A DNA stretch of 64,000 nucleotides from Gammaproteobacteria bacterium (lineage in GTDB: Bacteria > Pseudomonadota > Gammaproteobacteria > Eutrophobiales > Eutrophobiaceae), in assembly GCA_028279365.1 (NCBI GenBank), contig JANQNX010000009.1:22036-86035 (forward strand), written 5' to 3'. The notes below the pieces were generated by a model that did not search any database, was not told where the DNA came from, and worked only from the letters and a program-made list of their open reading frames with translations. Positions 8,981-19,013 of the stretch are shown here, one piece after another (the first letter of the stretch is position 1; every line of letters begins with the position of its first letter). The position numbers and the translations under genes are program-made.

Positions 8981-9835
8981 CTATTCAGGGGCGATTTCAT
9001 TTTCTTCATTAGTCAGATTGGTCTCAAACATAACTGACACACCTGGGGCAGCTTTATCCAGCCAGCCTCTGACACGCCTAGCAAGCACATCGTCCATCTT
9101 ACTGAAATAGTGATCGGCGCCATCGACCTCAAGCTGCGTGAAATTATCATTATTACCTTTATTTGCAGCTAATCGCCGATCGGGTGCCTGCTCGACTATG
9201 TGCTGAAAATCACGTTCGCCATAAATATCCAGTAATGGCAGTGTGTTCTTCTCTATCAATTGTAAAATATCCACCGCCGGTTTGAGGAAGGCATAATCCT
9301 GCAGACCGATTGCTGCGACGGCCATGACTTTTGGGGTGCTTAAGGTTTGCGTATAGGAAAGCGCACTGATGGCACCAAAGCCATGACCAACCAGAACAAT
9401 ATTGCGAAATTTTTCCTCGCGCATATAGTCCACAGCAGCATCAATCCTGTCCTGTGCCGCTGCAATAGTTTTGCCGTAGTTTTCTACTGAATGCCGTATT
9501 GCCAATACTGGTAGTTGAATTGATAAAGTAGACCAACCTTGTTTTGCCAGGTTTTTCCGCAATGCAGAAATGATGATTGGCCAATCCGCATGGGCACCCA
9601 TCGCATGCAGAACAACCACGGCACCGCTGGCAATCTCCTGCGACTGCTCTTCATACAAGGCCAGAAAAGGCGTATTGTCTTTATCCTTCAACCACACCAT
9701 CCTTGATGCAGTCGCTTCTTGTTCTAGTTTCTTGGCAATTTCCTGTTCCCACTCCTGATCTTTAATATCGGCATAAACCAGCAATGACAGCGAGGAAAAC
9801 AGAAATATGACAACACAGCGACAGACAAGCACCAT
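8981..9835 (-). CDS. Exported alpha/beta-hydrolase-fold protein (DUF3530-like)
   Basis: Signal peptide; VVLHAMGAHADWP, VGHGFGA (nucleophile Ser absent), LDIYG, GADHYF. Confidence 0.75.
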   Translation of the reverse strand: MVLVCRCVVIFLFSSLSLLVYADIKDQEWEQEIAKKLEQEATASRMVWLKDKDNTPFLALYEEQSQEIASGAVVVLHAMGAHADWPIIISALRKNLAKQGWSTLSIQLPVLAIRHSVENYGKTIAAAQDRIDAAVDYMREEKFRNIVLVGHGFGAISALSYTQTLSTPKVMAVAAIGLQDYAFLKPAVDILQLIEKNTLPLLDIYGERDFQHIVEQAPDRRLAANKGNNDNFTQLEVDGADHYFSKMDDVLARRVRGWLDKAAPGVSVMFETNLTNEENEIAPE

Positions 9836-9912
9836 GATTAGCTAAAATGATAAATAACCGGCATCCGACAAATATAAACCGAGACGAATGCGATTAACAG
9901 ATAGGAAGCGAC

Positions 9913-10635
9913 TTACTTTTTGCTTAATTGATAATCATCAATCGGGAAAGAGATACTAACCTGCAGGTTTTTTCCTTTCTCATCCCGCATGTTAGATGTC
10001 CCTTTAAACAGCAGTAATTTTGGCTGCGCCATGTCATACTCAAGTACCAGTGGGTCACCCAGAAAACGAAACAGAAAACTATCAGGCTCGACTTTCAAGA
10101 TACGGCGTTGTTGCTCAGTATCAATCTTTTCCTGATAAATCCGAAACTCAATGAACTGGCGCATACTGGGGATTAGCATCTTTCTTACCAGCCTTTCTTC
10201 ATTAACCAGCGCCTCCCAATTACTAATAATGAACTGATCAAAGCCGGCATCAATAATGCCGATATCCGGTAACGGTATTGTCTTTGATTTTTTATCTTCG
10301 CTATTGTTTTTTGCAAAGGCGATGGTCAATTCCGAGGTTTGTTTGCTTGCGGATTCCTGATGACCGGTCACATAGTTAGTAAGCGAAAAATCCGGCATGG
10401 TATTATTTTCTGTGTAGTCGACCTGTTTCTCGGCAATAACATCACCGGCTGCATTTTTATAAGTCACTTTATCACTGACGATACGGTTATCTTCATAGGT
10501 TTCAAGATGCGTTTCCGTATAAATTAGCGTATCGCTATCCAGATCATGGGCATAACCGGTTCGCTCATTGGTCCTGGTTTCTGCGAAAGCCTGAGTCGAA
10601 GATAAAATCAGTAATATAATTAAAAATTGTTTCAT
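9913..10635 (-). CDS. Exported hypothetical protein, last gene of the lipid modification operon
   Basis: Signal peptide ending AFA; IDAGFDQFI and KGTSN motifs; 4-nt gap to the upstream gene. Confidence 0.75.
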   Translation of the reverse strand: MKQFLIILLILSSTQAFAETRTNERTGYAHDLDSDTLIYTETHLETYEDNRIVSDKVTYKNAAGDVIAEKQVDYTENNTMPDFSLTNYVTGHQESASKQTSELTIAFAKNNSEDKKSKTIPLPDIGIIDAGFDQFIISNWEALVNEERLVRKMLIPSMRQFIEFRIYQEKIDTEQQRRILKVEPDSFLFRFLGDPLVLEYDMAQPKLLLFKGTSNMRDEKGKNLQVSISFPIDDYQLSKK

Positions 10636-10639
10636 CGTC

Positions 10640-10993
10640 TTATACCGAACGATAGCCAGAACTGAGAATGTTCATATTACCGCGCGCTTCTGTCAGCGCC
10701 TTAATCAGATAAACGGCGGTAGCCAGATTACCTAAACCTATAAATAACAACGTCCAAAATACCTTAACCGTAGTCGATTTTTCCCGATACCAGACCCAGG
10801 CACTGAAAAATAACAGTCCTACATAGATATCAACAATGGTGACGATACCCCAGGGCATCGTCATTAAGTGATTACCTTCAGTAAAAAAATTGCCATTGCT
10901 AAAACCAAATGCCAGGGCACTAATCATAACGATCAAACCAAAAGCGGCAATCAATCGGAACCACTGCATATCAGCTATCTTATCCTGTCGCAT
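10640..10993 (-). CDS. DUF1475 family small membrane protein
   Basis: MPWGIVTIVDIYVG, WVWYRE, LGNLATAVY; start taken at the ATG at 10993, after the upstream stop. Confidence 0.75.
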   Translation of the reverse strand: MRQDKIADMQWFRLIAAFGLIVMISALAFGFSNGNFFTEGNHLMTMPWGIVTIVDIYVGLLFFSAWVWYREKSTTVKVFWTLLFIGLGNLATAVYLIKALTEARGNMNILSSGYRSV

Positions 10994-10997
10994 AGGT

Positions 10998-12041
10998 TCA
11001 CCGTTTCTCAAAAAGATAATGGCTAACCCACCATTGTTGACCTTTGTCATAGCCAAACAGTTCAGCACATGACATATAAAACATACGCCAGCGCATCCAC
11101 CATTTCACTGCATTGTCTTTGCCGTAAGTGTTTTCGAATAAGGGCATGATTTCTGCGCGTTTGTTATCCATATTGGCCAGCCAGGCATTGGCTGTCTTTT
11201 CGTAATGTGTGCCGTCCCAACGCCAGCGTCGTGTTAATTGCAAATCATCCTGAAAAAATAATGGCAATTCATCAGACGGCATGATGCCACCGGAAAAAAA
11301 GTACTGACTCATCCAATCGGTTTCATCACGCACGGTAAATTCATAGGGCACTGCACGATGCACGAAGATATGTTTAAAGAAACGGCCGCCAGGGTTTAAA
11401 CGCGAAGCGATCATCGAATACAATTTACGATAGTTACGCATGTGTTCAAACATCTCAACCGAGACTACACGATCAAACGTTTGATCGATACTGAAATCAT
11501 TCATATCCGCAGTAATAATATTCAGGTTGTGCAGATTCCTGTCGGCGGCCTGTTGCATGATATGTTCACGCTGCGAATGTGAGTTGGATACACCGGTGAT
11601 GTTACTGTTTGGATAATGTTTGGCCATCCATAAGCTTAAGGAACCCCAACCACAACCCAGTTCAAGAATATCCATCCCGTCTTCAAACATGGCATGCTCA
11701 CAGCTTAGTGCCAGGCTGGTGTCTTCCGCCTGATCCAGCTGGGTATCATTTCCATTCCAGTAGCAGGAACTGTATTTCATGTTTTTACCGAGCATCAGCT
11801 TGAACAGCGAAGTCGGTACTTCGTAATGCTGCTCATTGGCCTTTTCAGGTACAGGTGCAATCGGCCCGGCATCCATCATATTAACGAAGTCATAGCTGAC
11901 ATCTGCACCATACTCACAGTCCTGAATTTTTAATTCTTTCAAACGGGACTGGATTAAATGACGAATACTGGATCGTAATATGGGATCGGGAATCATCCCG
12001 CGTTCACTTAAATCGATAGCGTAATTCAATGCGCGTGTCAT
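10998..12041 (-). CDS. CFA-synthase-family SAM-dependent methyltransferase (second, shorter type)
   Basis: ANEQHYEVP, KYSSCYW, ILELGCGWGS, FDRVVSVEMFEHMRN, YFFSGG. Confidence 0.9.
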   Translation of the reverse strand: MTRALNYAIDLSERGMIPDPILRSSIRHLIQSRLKELKIQDCEYGADVSYDFVNMMDAGPIAPVPEKANEQHYEVPTSLFKLMLGKNMKYSSCYWNGNDTQLDQAEDTSLALSCEHAMFEDGMDILELGCGWGSLSLWMAKHYPNSNITGVSNSHSQREHIMQQAADRNLHNLNIITADMNDFSIDQTFDRVVSVEMFEHMRNYRKLYSMIASRLNPGGRFFKHIFVHRAVPYEFTVRDETDWMSQYFFSGGIMPSDELPLFFQDDLQLTRRWRWDGTHYEKTANAWLANMDNKRAEIMPLFENTYGKDNAVKWWMRWRMFYMSCAELFGYDKGQQWWVSHYLFEKR

Positions 12042-12050
12042 AGGATCACC

Positions 12051-12842
12051 TCATGCACTTTTAGGAGGAAGTGGAAAGAAAATACTGGTGGTTCTTTGAT
12101 ACTCGCGATAAGCCTCACCGCGAGATCTGAGAGATTGATTTTCGGTATGCGGCACACCGGTGACTTTTAGCAGGAACACCAACATCAATACCATAATCGC
12201 CCAGGCCAGCCACCAGATATCAGAACCGTAGCCGATCAGGATATAGGCAAACCAGTGCAACCATTCAAAGAAATAATTCGGATGTCGAGAATAACGCCAT
12301 AAACCAAGCTTGCAGACCTTGCCCTTGTTATCTGGATTATTTCTAAAATCAGCCAGTTGTTTGTCTGCAATTAGTTCACCAAGGATAGAAAGCACCCATA
12401 CAGCAATACCGAGGTAGTCAAGCAGTCCTAATGACGTCGCCGGGTTACTGACCGCAACCAGAATTGGTAAGGCAAACAATATCGCCCAGCCGGCCTGTAT
12501 CTGAAAAAAGATAAACATCACCGGCTGCACGTTATCGCCAAGACTTTCACGCATATATCGATAACGACCGTCCTCGGTTTCATTCATCACGCGATGAAAT
12601 AAATGCAGGCCCAAACGGATACCCCACAAACCAATCATCGCACCGACCAGCATATTCCTGAGATATGTACCTTCGACCACGGCGTAAGCAAACCATATCC
12701 CAACCAATCCGGTCGCAAACGACCAGGCAACATCGACGGTACCGGCGTTATGGGTCTTCATTTGTATCAACCACAACACAAACATGAGTACGCTACAAAA
12801 AACCAGCGCTGGCCAGATAACATCAAACATGGGCATGCTCAT
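12051..12842 (-). CDS. DUF1295 / steroid 5-alpha-reductase-like membrane protein
   Basis: VDVAWS, EDGRY, ADKQL, GLWRYSRHPNYFFEW, YQRTTSIFFP; start uncertain (ATG at 12842, 12836 or 12830). Confidence 0.88.
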   Translation of the reverse strand: MSMPMFDVIWPALVFCSVLMFVLWLIQMKTHNAGTVDVAWSFATGLVGIWFAYAVVEGTYLRNMLVGAMIGLWGIRLGLHLFHRVMNETEDGRYRYMRESLGDNVQPVMFIFFQIQAGWAILFALPILVAVSNPATSLGLLDYLGIAVWVLSILGELIADKQLADFRNNPDNKGKVCKLGLWRYSRHPNYFFEWLHWFAYILIGYGSDIWWLAWAIMVLMLVFLLKVTGVPHTENQSLRSRGEAYREYQRTTSIFFPLPPKSA

Positions 12843-13392
12843 CGTTAGAGGCAGGGTGAAAAACATCGCGACCAAACAAACTGAATAAGCGATTAGACAC
12901 CAGATAGATAGTCACCAGCGCAACACTCCAGACGAAAAACACGATAAGCGAACTGACAAGCTTATCCGTCAAAATAATCGCCCCAATCTGATGCCCGGCC
13001 CAATACGCCAGCGCACCTCCGACACCGCCGAATAATGCAATAATGACATTGCGATGATTCAACCAGTCCAGACTATGACGAATGGTCATCGCTAAATTCA
13101 CCCATAAGGCAACCATCCAGACGGGACTGAGATAACCAAACTGGGTCTGTTCCGGAAAATGAATCACATCGAAAGTGACAAGTAAGGAATCAAGACCATA
13201 GCCAAGTGTCGCGGCAAACAACGCCAGTAAATATTCCGGCTTACTGTTTGCCTGATGCATTTTCACATGCACGGCTAACCACAACACGACTGTGATGGGT
13301 CCAAGCCAGGGCATGCCATAAGCTGCACCAAACACACAGATCAACCAATTGATCTGAAAGGCAACAAAATTGATGATGGTTTTCGTATTCAT
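12823..13392 (-). CDS. DUF2878 family membrane protein
   Basis: NFVAFQINWLICV, PVWMVALW, GGALAYWAG; ATGA overlap with the upstream gene. Confidence 0.85.
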   Translation of the reverse strand: MNTKTIINFVAFQINWLICVFGAAYGMPWLGPITVVLWLAVHVKMHQANSKPEYLLALFAATLGYGLDSLLVTFDVIHFPEQTQFGYLSPVWMVALWVNLAMTIRHSLDWLNHRNVIIALFGGVGGALAYWAGHQIGAIILTDKLVSSLIVFFVWSVALVTIYLVSNRLFSLFGRDVFHPASNDEHAHV

Positions 13393-14678
13393 GACTTCCT
13401 CATTTCAAAACTGACATTAGTAAGTTGGCGTCGACATGCAGGCTTGTTCATGACCAGCTGATGCAAGCCCAGGTAACGCTCGGCAAAACCAGCCGTGCAG
13501 TAATCCAGATAGTATTCCCACACGCGACAGAAATTTTCGCTATAGCCCAATGCCATAATTTGTTCACGTTTCTCATTAAAGTTGGTTAACCAGCATTGCA
13601 AGGTGCGGGCATAGTGCGGCGCATAATCCTCAACATGAATAAGCTTCAAATCAGAGGAACGTGAAACCGCATCGGTAATAGCCGCAAGCGAAGGACAACA
13701 GCTACCCGGGAAAATATAACGCTGAATAAAGTCAGGCGTTTTTAAATATTGTTCATAGCGATGATCCGGCATGGTAATCGCCTGAATGCAAAGCTGACCA
13801 TCGGGTTTTAATAACGCGGAACATTGTTGAAAATACTCGGGCAGGAATTGATGGCCCACCGCCTCTATCATCTCGATCGAAACCAGTCGGTCGAACTGTC
13901 CTTCCAAATCACGATAATCCATCAAGCGAATATCGATCTTGTCTTGTAAACCGGCGGTCTTGATTCGCTGTTGCGCCAGTTCAAACTGTTCTTTGGAAAT
14001 TGTTAGCGTAGTGACATGGCAACCATAATGCGCTGCGGCATGCATGGAAAAACTGCCCCAGCCCGAACCAATTTCGACGATGCGATGATGTGGCTGAAGG
14101 TCTAGCTTTTGACAGATTAAATCCAACTTAAATAGCGAAGCATCCAACAGACTACTAGACTCATTGGCAAACACACCGGAGGAGTAGGTCATGGTCTCAT
14201 CAAGAAACAACTCAAATAAGTCATTACCCAGATCGTAATGATCATGAATATTCTTATGACTACCGTTGTGGGTGTTAGCACGTAGCATATGTAACAGTCG
14301 ATCTTTGATGACACCAACCGAAGCCAACCCCTGTTCCATCGCATCCAGCTGATCCGTATTTCTGATTAAAATCTGAAACAGCGTAGTCAGACTGGAGCAG
14401 GTCCACATACCTTTACGATAGGCATCAGCAGCACCATTACTACCATTAATAAATACGCTGCTATAAAACGCGTCATCATGCACGGTGATACTCACGTGCA
14501 GGTTTTGGTCACGACCGATGGACCAACTGCCCCAACTATCATGAATATCAATCTGGCCAACACTGAAGTCAGTCATTTTGTTTTTCATCAACTTTCTCAG
14601 GAGATGCTGACTCGACTTCCTGACGCTTTCGCCTCTAAACTGATCAAAAGCGTTATAAAACAAACTGACCGCTTTCAT
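13389..14678 (-). CDS. Cyclopropane-fatty-acyl-phospholipid synthase family methyltransferase (UfaM-like)
   Basis: NIHDHYDLGNDLF, MTYSSG, VEIGSGWG, SIEMIEAVG, FIQRYIFPG, WEYYLDYC. Confidence 0.92.
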   Translation of the reverse strand: MKAVSLFYNAFDQFRGESVRKSSQHLLRKLMKNKMTDFSVGQIDIHDSWGSWSIGRDQNLHVSITVHDDAFYSSVFINGSNGAADAYRKGMWTCSSLTTLFQILIRNTDQLDAMEQGLASVGVIKDRLLHMLRANTHNGSHKNIHDHYDLGNDLFELFLDETMTYSSGVFANESSSLLDASLFKLDLICQKLDLQPHHRIVEIGSGWGSFSMHAAAHYGCHVTTLTISKEQFELAQQRIKTAGLQDKIDIRLMDYRDLEGQFDRLVSIEMIEAVGHQFLPEYFQQCSALLKPDGQLCIQAITMPDHRYEQYLKTPDFIQRYIFPGSCCPSLAAITDAVSRSSDLKLIHVEDYAPHYARTLQCWLTNFNEKREQIMALGYSENFCRVWEYYLDYCTAGFAERYLGLHQLVMNKPACRRQLTNVSFEMRKS

Positions 14679-15445
14679 AATGACGCTCCTTCTTTGCTGT
14701 AATGTTTTGGGTGTTCATGAAACGGGACTTTTTTCCACCAGAGTTTTAGTGCCTGCCAGTAAATTGCCAATACGACTTTCACGGTCATGAATGGATAATG
14801 TAATAGCACGCGATTCAATGATGCTTGGCTAATCGGTTCTGGCTGTAAGCGCATCGTCGCGGTAAACATAGCTTGTTGATCCTCGAAGTTGCGCATGGAA
14901 ACATGTAGATGTTCGCCCGGACAATTAAACAACCAGGCATAACGTTGGTTCATTCCCATAAACGGCGAGACATGAAACACCTTGTCAAAATGAAACGTAT
15001 GGCTATCGCCGGGACCAATGACTGCATCCAGCACATAGCAATGCTGTTCACCCCATGGCGTGTTGTGCACTTCTGCAATGATGGTTTCAATTTCAGTTCG
15101 ATCATCATTCCAGCAATAGTAAAAACTGACCGGGTTCATGACATAGCCAAAATAACGCAGATGAGTAAGTAATGTGATCGGGCCGGTTTGTCGATGACCA
15201 GTCTTTTCCAAGACGAGATCGCGAATCGAATCTGATAACGACGACTCAGTGTCACCATAATGATCGCTTCTTTTAAAACGCGCCAGATCAAATGAAGTCG
15301 AAGACCAGAACAGAAATCTTTCAAACAGGGTGGGAAGTTCATCCAGATCGAGGTACATCATAAATACCTTGTAGCTAAAGCGATGCCGATTCGGTAATAG
15401 ACGATGATGAATCACCTGGCCCTTGTATATCTTACTGTGCATCAT
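14675..15445 (-). CDS. DUF1365 family protein (UfaO-like)
   Basis: GQVIHHR, MNPVSFYYC, AEVHNTPWGEQHCY, KVFHVSPFM, IYWQALKLW. Confidence 0.9.
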   Translation of the reverse strand: MMHSKIYKGQVIHHRLLPNRHRFSYKVFMMYLDLDELPTLFERFLFWSSTSFDLARFKRSDHYGDTESSLSDSIRDLVLEKTGHRQTGPITLLTHLRYFGYVMNPVSFYYCWNDDRTEIETIIAEVHNTPWGEQHCYVLDAVIGPGDSHTFHFDKVFHVSPFMGMNQRYAWLFNCPGEHLHVSMRNFEDQQAMFTATMRLQPEPISQASLNRVLLHYPFMTVKVVLAIYWQALKLWWKKVPFHEHPKHYSKEGASL

Positions 15446-16692
15446 TGCGTCTCCACATCATATGCATCGCAGACACGAATAGCACTGGCCGCGCCGTCTT
15501 CATGGAAACCATACCCCCAATAGGCACCACAGTAGGAAACTCTGTCGCGACGGATTAACTCATGATGATTGGACTGTGCCGATGAACGACCGGGGGAAAA
15601 CTGCGGGTGGTGGTAAACAATACGTTTAATAATTTTATTTTTGTCAATCTGACGGGTTTGGTTCAACGAGACACAATAAGTATTTTCGGAATCAATACTC
15701 TGCAACATGTTCATGTTATAGGTCACGGAAACATGATCGCGCTGTCCACTTGGTATTCGATAATTCCAGCTGGCCCAGGCTGAATTATTATTGGGTAATA
15801 AATTGATATCGGTATGCAACACCGCTTCATTCTGCTGATAATGAAACTGTTCCAGTAATTCAATTTCCCTGTCATCGGCATTGTTCATCAGATGCAATGC
15901 CTGGTCCGAGTGACAACACAGGATAACTTCATCAAACTCATGCCTGACATTATCTTTGGTCATCACATCGACACTATTATTATGTCGAATCACCTGATTG
16001 ACGGGTTGATTAAGTTGTATCCTGTCGCTGAAACTTCGCGTTAACAATGAAACGTATTGTCTGGAACCACCCTTGACTGTCTTCCACTGTGGCCTATCGT
16101 TGACCTGCAGCATACAATGGTTATTCAAAAACTCGATAACGAATAACATCGGAAACTGCCGGAAGCGGTCGGCCGGACTGGACCATAATGATGCGCCTAA
16201 AGGTACAAGGTAATGTTCGATAAAAGCATCAGAGTAGTGACGTTTTTTCGCATAGTCTTCGACAGTGATTTTATCGTCGAGCCCTTCTTTCAAATCAATG
16301 ATCGCTTCTTTATGAAAACGCATAATATCTTTAATCATCATCAAAAAAGATCGATTAAAAATATTTCTACGCTGCACAAACATTTTGTTTAGTGAGGTAC
16401 CGTTATATTCCAGCTTGCTCTGTTCACAGTGCACACTGAAACTCATATCGGTATTAATGGATTCGACGCCAAGTTGATCAAACAGACGACACAGCGTGGG
16501 ATAATTTTGCTGATTAAATACAATAAACCCGGTATCAACAGGTAACTTTCTTTTAGGCTCATTGACGATAGCGGTATTGGCATGTCCACCTACATAGTCA
16601 CCGGCCTCAAACACGGAGATATCATGCTTTCTGGATAAGTAATAGGCAGTAGTCATTCCAGCTATGCCTGCACCAATAATGCCGATGCGCAT
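15442..16692 (-). CDS. FAD-dependent oxidoreductase, amine-oxidase fold (UfaD-like)
   Basis: IGIIGAGIAG, GGHANT, VDTGFIVFN, WASWNY, GAYWGYGFHEDG. Confidence 0.9.
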   Translation of the reverse strand: MRIGIIGAGIAGMTTAYYLSRKHDISVFEAGDYVGGHANTAIVNEPKRKLPVDTGFIVFNQQNYPTLCRLFDQLGVESINTDMSFSVHCEQSKLEYNGTSLNKMFVQRRNIFNRSFLMMIKDIMRFHKEAIIDLKEGLDDKITVEDYAKKRHYSDAFIEHYLVPLGASLWSSPADRFRQFPMLFVIEFLNNHCMLQVNDRPQWKTVKGGSRQYVSLLTRSFSDRIQLNQPVNQVIRHNNSVDVMTKDNVRHEFDEVILCCHSDQALHLMNNADDREIELLEQFHYQQNEAVLHTDINLLPNNNSAWASWNYRIPSGQRDHVSVTYNMNMLQSIDSENTYCVSLNQTRQIDKNKIIKRIVYHHPQFSPGRSSAQSNHHELIRRDRVSYCGAYWGYGFHEDGAASAIRVCDAYDVETQ

Positions 16693-17630
16693 CAGCCGCG
16701 CTCCGCTTCCTTAAGAATTGAAGCAGGCACCGGCTGCATGGTTCTGACGATGCCGAGCTTATGCATGAACCAGATTAAACTGTAGCTGATGTCTATCTCC
16801 CACCAGAAAAATCCCTGCCGGGTAGAATTAGGGTAACGATGATGATTGTTATGCCAGCCTTCTCCCAGCGTAATTAAGGCCAGTAAAAAATTATTGCGGC
16901 TATCATCTTTGGTCGAGTAGCGGCGACGTCCAAACTTATGCGCCAGTGAATTAATGGTATAGGTACCGTGATACAGGATCACCGTTGACATGAAATAACC
17001 CCAAACCAGCATTTGCCAGCCATTGGTGTTTAGTTGTGGAGCGTAGAGAAACAACAGATGCCCCAATAGATAACAAGCTAGGCCGGATAATAGAAAAGGC
17101 AAACAGTCAACATGCTCTAAGAATTTCAATTCTGGATAACGCAACCAATCCCTGACCCTCGATTCAATTACCGGAAAATTATTTTTTCTTAAAAACCACA
17201 ACACATGGCTGTTTATGAAACCATGCTTGGGGGAATGCGGGTCATTATCCTGATCCGAATTAATATGATGATGTCGATGATGACTGGCCCACCATATCGG
17301 ACCGCGTTGCCCGGCGGTACAGCCTGCAACTGCCATTAAAAATTGTATCGGTCGGGAAACCGTATAGGAGCGATGAGAGAAATAACGATGATAAAACGCG
17401 GTGATAAAAAACATACGTAAAAAATAAAAAGCCAACATCACAAACAGGGCCACGTAACTAAAACCCACATAAAACACGGCGAAACAAGCGATATGAAATA
17501 AGACAAACACTGTCACGCGAAAATGATCCAGCGAACGATCATCGCTAAAATAATCAGCTGGACGTAAATTAAACAGCCATTGATAAAAATGGTTTAGTGG
17601 TAAAAGGAAGTATCGTTTAAATGTATGCAT
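16692..17630 (-). CDS. Membrane acyl-CoA/acyl-lipid delta-9 desaturase family protein
   Basis: His boxes YHRYFSH, WASHHRHHH and GEGWHNNHH; TGATG overlap with the next gene. Confidence 0.93.
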   Translation of the reverse strand: MHTFKRYFLLPLNHFYQWLFNLRPADYFSDDRSLDHFRVTVFVLFHIACFAVFYVGFSYVALFVMLAFYFLRMFFITAFYHRYFSHRSYTVSRPIQFLMAVAGCTAGQRGPIWWASHHRHHHINSDQDNDPHSPKHGFINSHVLWFLRKNNFPVIESRVRDWLRYPELKFLEHVDCLPFLLSGLACYLLGHLLFLYAPQLNTNGWQMLVWGYFMSTVILYHGTYTINSLAHKFGRRRYSTKDDSRNNFLLALITLGEGWHNNHHRYPNSTRQGFFWWEIDISYSLIWFMHKLGIVRTMQPVPASILKEAERG

Positions 17631-17696
17631 TAACCTGACCTTGTTTCTTAGTGAACAATAATTATTGAATCGCAGTGAACTACGAGTCGATGTGAC

Positions 17697-17712
17697 GTGA
17701 AAAATAAGTGAA
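17697..17712 (-). promoter_or_regulatory. ColR-like / OmpR-family direct-repeat box upstream of the lipid operon
   Basis: Minus strand TTCACTTATTTTTCAC (TTCAC-N6-TTCAC, 11-bp period). Confidence 0.6.
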
Positions 17713-17717
17713 AACGT

Positions 17718-19013
17718 CTAGAAGTGTATAACACTGTGGGCCGGGAACGTAATCTTGACCATCGTCCCGACGCCCGATGTACTCTCGATGTTAACATCCC
17801 AATGAAATCGATCGGACAACATCTTGACGATAGTCAAACCGACACCATAGCCACCACGTTGTTTTTGATCGGTCTGAAAAAACGGTTTAAACACCTCTTT
17901 CACTTCCTGTTCCGACATACCGACGCCGCTGTCCCTGATAGCAATTGCATCCGCCTCAATCGTGATCGCAATCTGTCCCTGGTCAGTATAGGAGAAAGCA
18001 TTTCGAAGAATATTCCCAATTAATACACTTAGCACTTTATCCGACGCTTCGATCACAAGTTGACTCTGTTCGTGTTTGGTCACTGTCACTGGCTTGTCAG
18101 GATAAATCATTTCTAACCTTTCGATCTCTTCTTCTACCAGTTCATTGATACAAACCGGCTCTCGTGACAGTTGATCCTCTGATTCACGCGCGAGTAACAA
18201 CAGCGCCTCGATTAATTCTTCCATATCTGATGCCGAACGCTGAATACGGTTGATAAACCGTTTAGCTGAATCAGACAGCGAATCATCCTGCAGGATGACA
18301 TCTGTGGCTATCTTGATCACAGTAATCGGGCTGCGTAATTCATGACTGGCATCACGCGTAAAGTTTCTTTCACGTTCGACAAACTGCTTACTTCGTTCGG
18401 AAAACTGTTCCAATGCCTTGGCCAATACTGCGACTTCCTGGTCCATGTCTTCGCTGAAGAAAACGGTATCGAGATCTTCGCCAGATAATAACTTCGGCTC
18501 GATCCGCTCGACTTCGCGCGCGAGTTTCACTACCGGCGAAATGGCCTGACGCGAAAATCGGTAACCTAGCCAGCTGGACAGATAAATAACAACCAATACG
18601 ATAGCCAGTGGTATCAAACCAAAGAAAGTCGCCAGTTCGCTGACCTGTTTGCCATCGAATGCCAACCACAGTCGTTTACCATCCTGTTCAGTGACATAGA
18701 TGATGTATAAATCAACATCCTGCTTTTGCATTTCATGAAAGCCCGGTGAGAGATCAGATAACGCCGCGGGAACGGGGTCCACACCTGACAAGTACGCATT
18801 TAAATTATTCGTATTGGGGCGCGAGAAATTGTTGTCCTGGCGATAGTTTGCCCAGAAATAATCGGCCTCATCTTGCAAGGCCGCCTTAATCAGGACATCA
18901 CTAAGTACATAACGAGCAGCAAACACCCCCAATATGGCGGTAATGCTGATCAACAAGGCCTGAAAGATAAAGGCCTTCCATATCCTATGTCCCAGACCGA
19001 TCCGGGTCTGCAT
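17718..19013 (-). CDS. Sensor histidine kinase (ColS-like)
   Basis: Two TM segments, HAMP, H-box FTRDASHELRSP, N-box NILRNAFSYT, DSGVG and GYGVGL. Confidence 0.92.
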   Translation of the reverse strand: MQTRIGLGHRIWKAFIFQALLISITAILGVFAARYVLSDVLIKAALQDEADYFWANYRQDNNFSRPNTNNLNAYLSGVDPVPAALSDLSPGFHEMQKQDVDLYIIYVTEQDGKRLWLAFDGKQVSELATFFGLIPLAIVLVVIYLSSWLGYRFSRQAISPVVKLAREVERIEPKLLSGEDLDTVFFSEDMDQEVAVLAKALEQFSERSKQFVERERNFTRDASHELRSPITVIKIATDVILQDDSLSDSAKRFINRIQRSASDMEELIEALLLLARESEDQLSREPVCINELVEEEIERLEMIYPDKPVTVTKHEQSQLVIEASDKVLSVLIGNILRNAFSYTDQGQIAITIEADAIAIRDSGVGMSEQEVKEVFKPFFQTDQKQRGGYGVGLTIVKMLSDRFHWDVNIESTSGVGTMVKITFPAHSVIHF

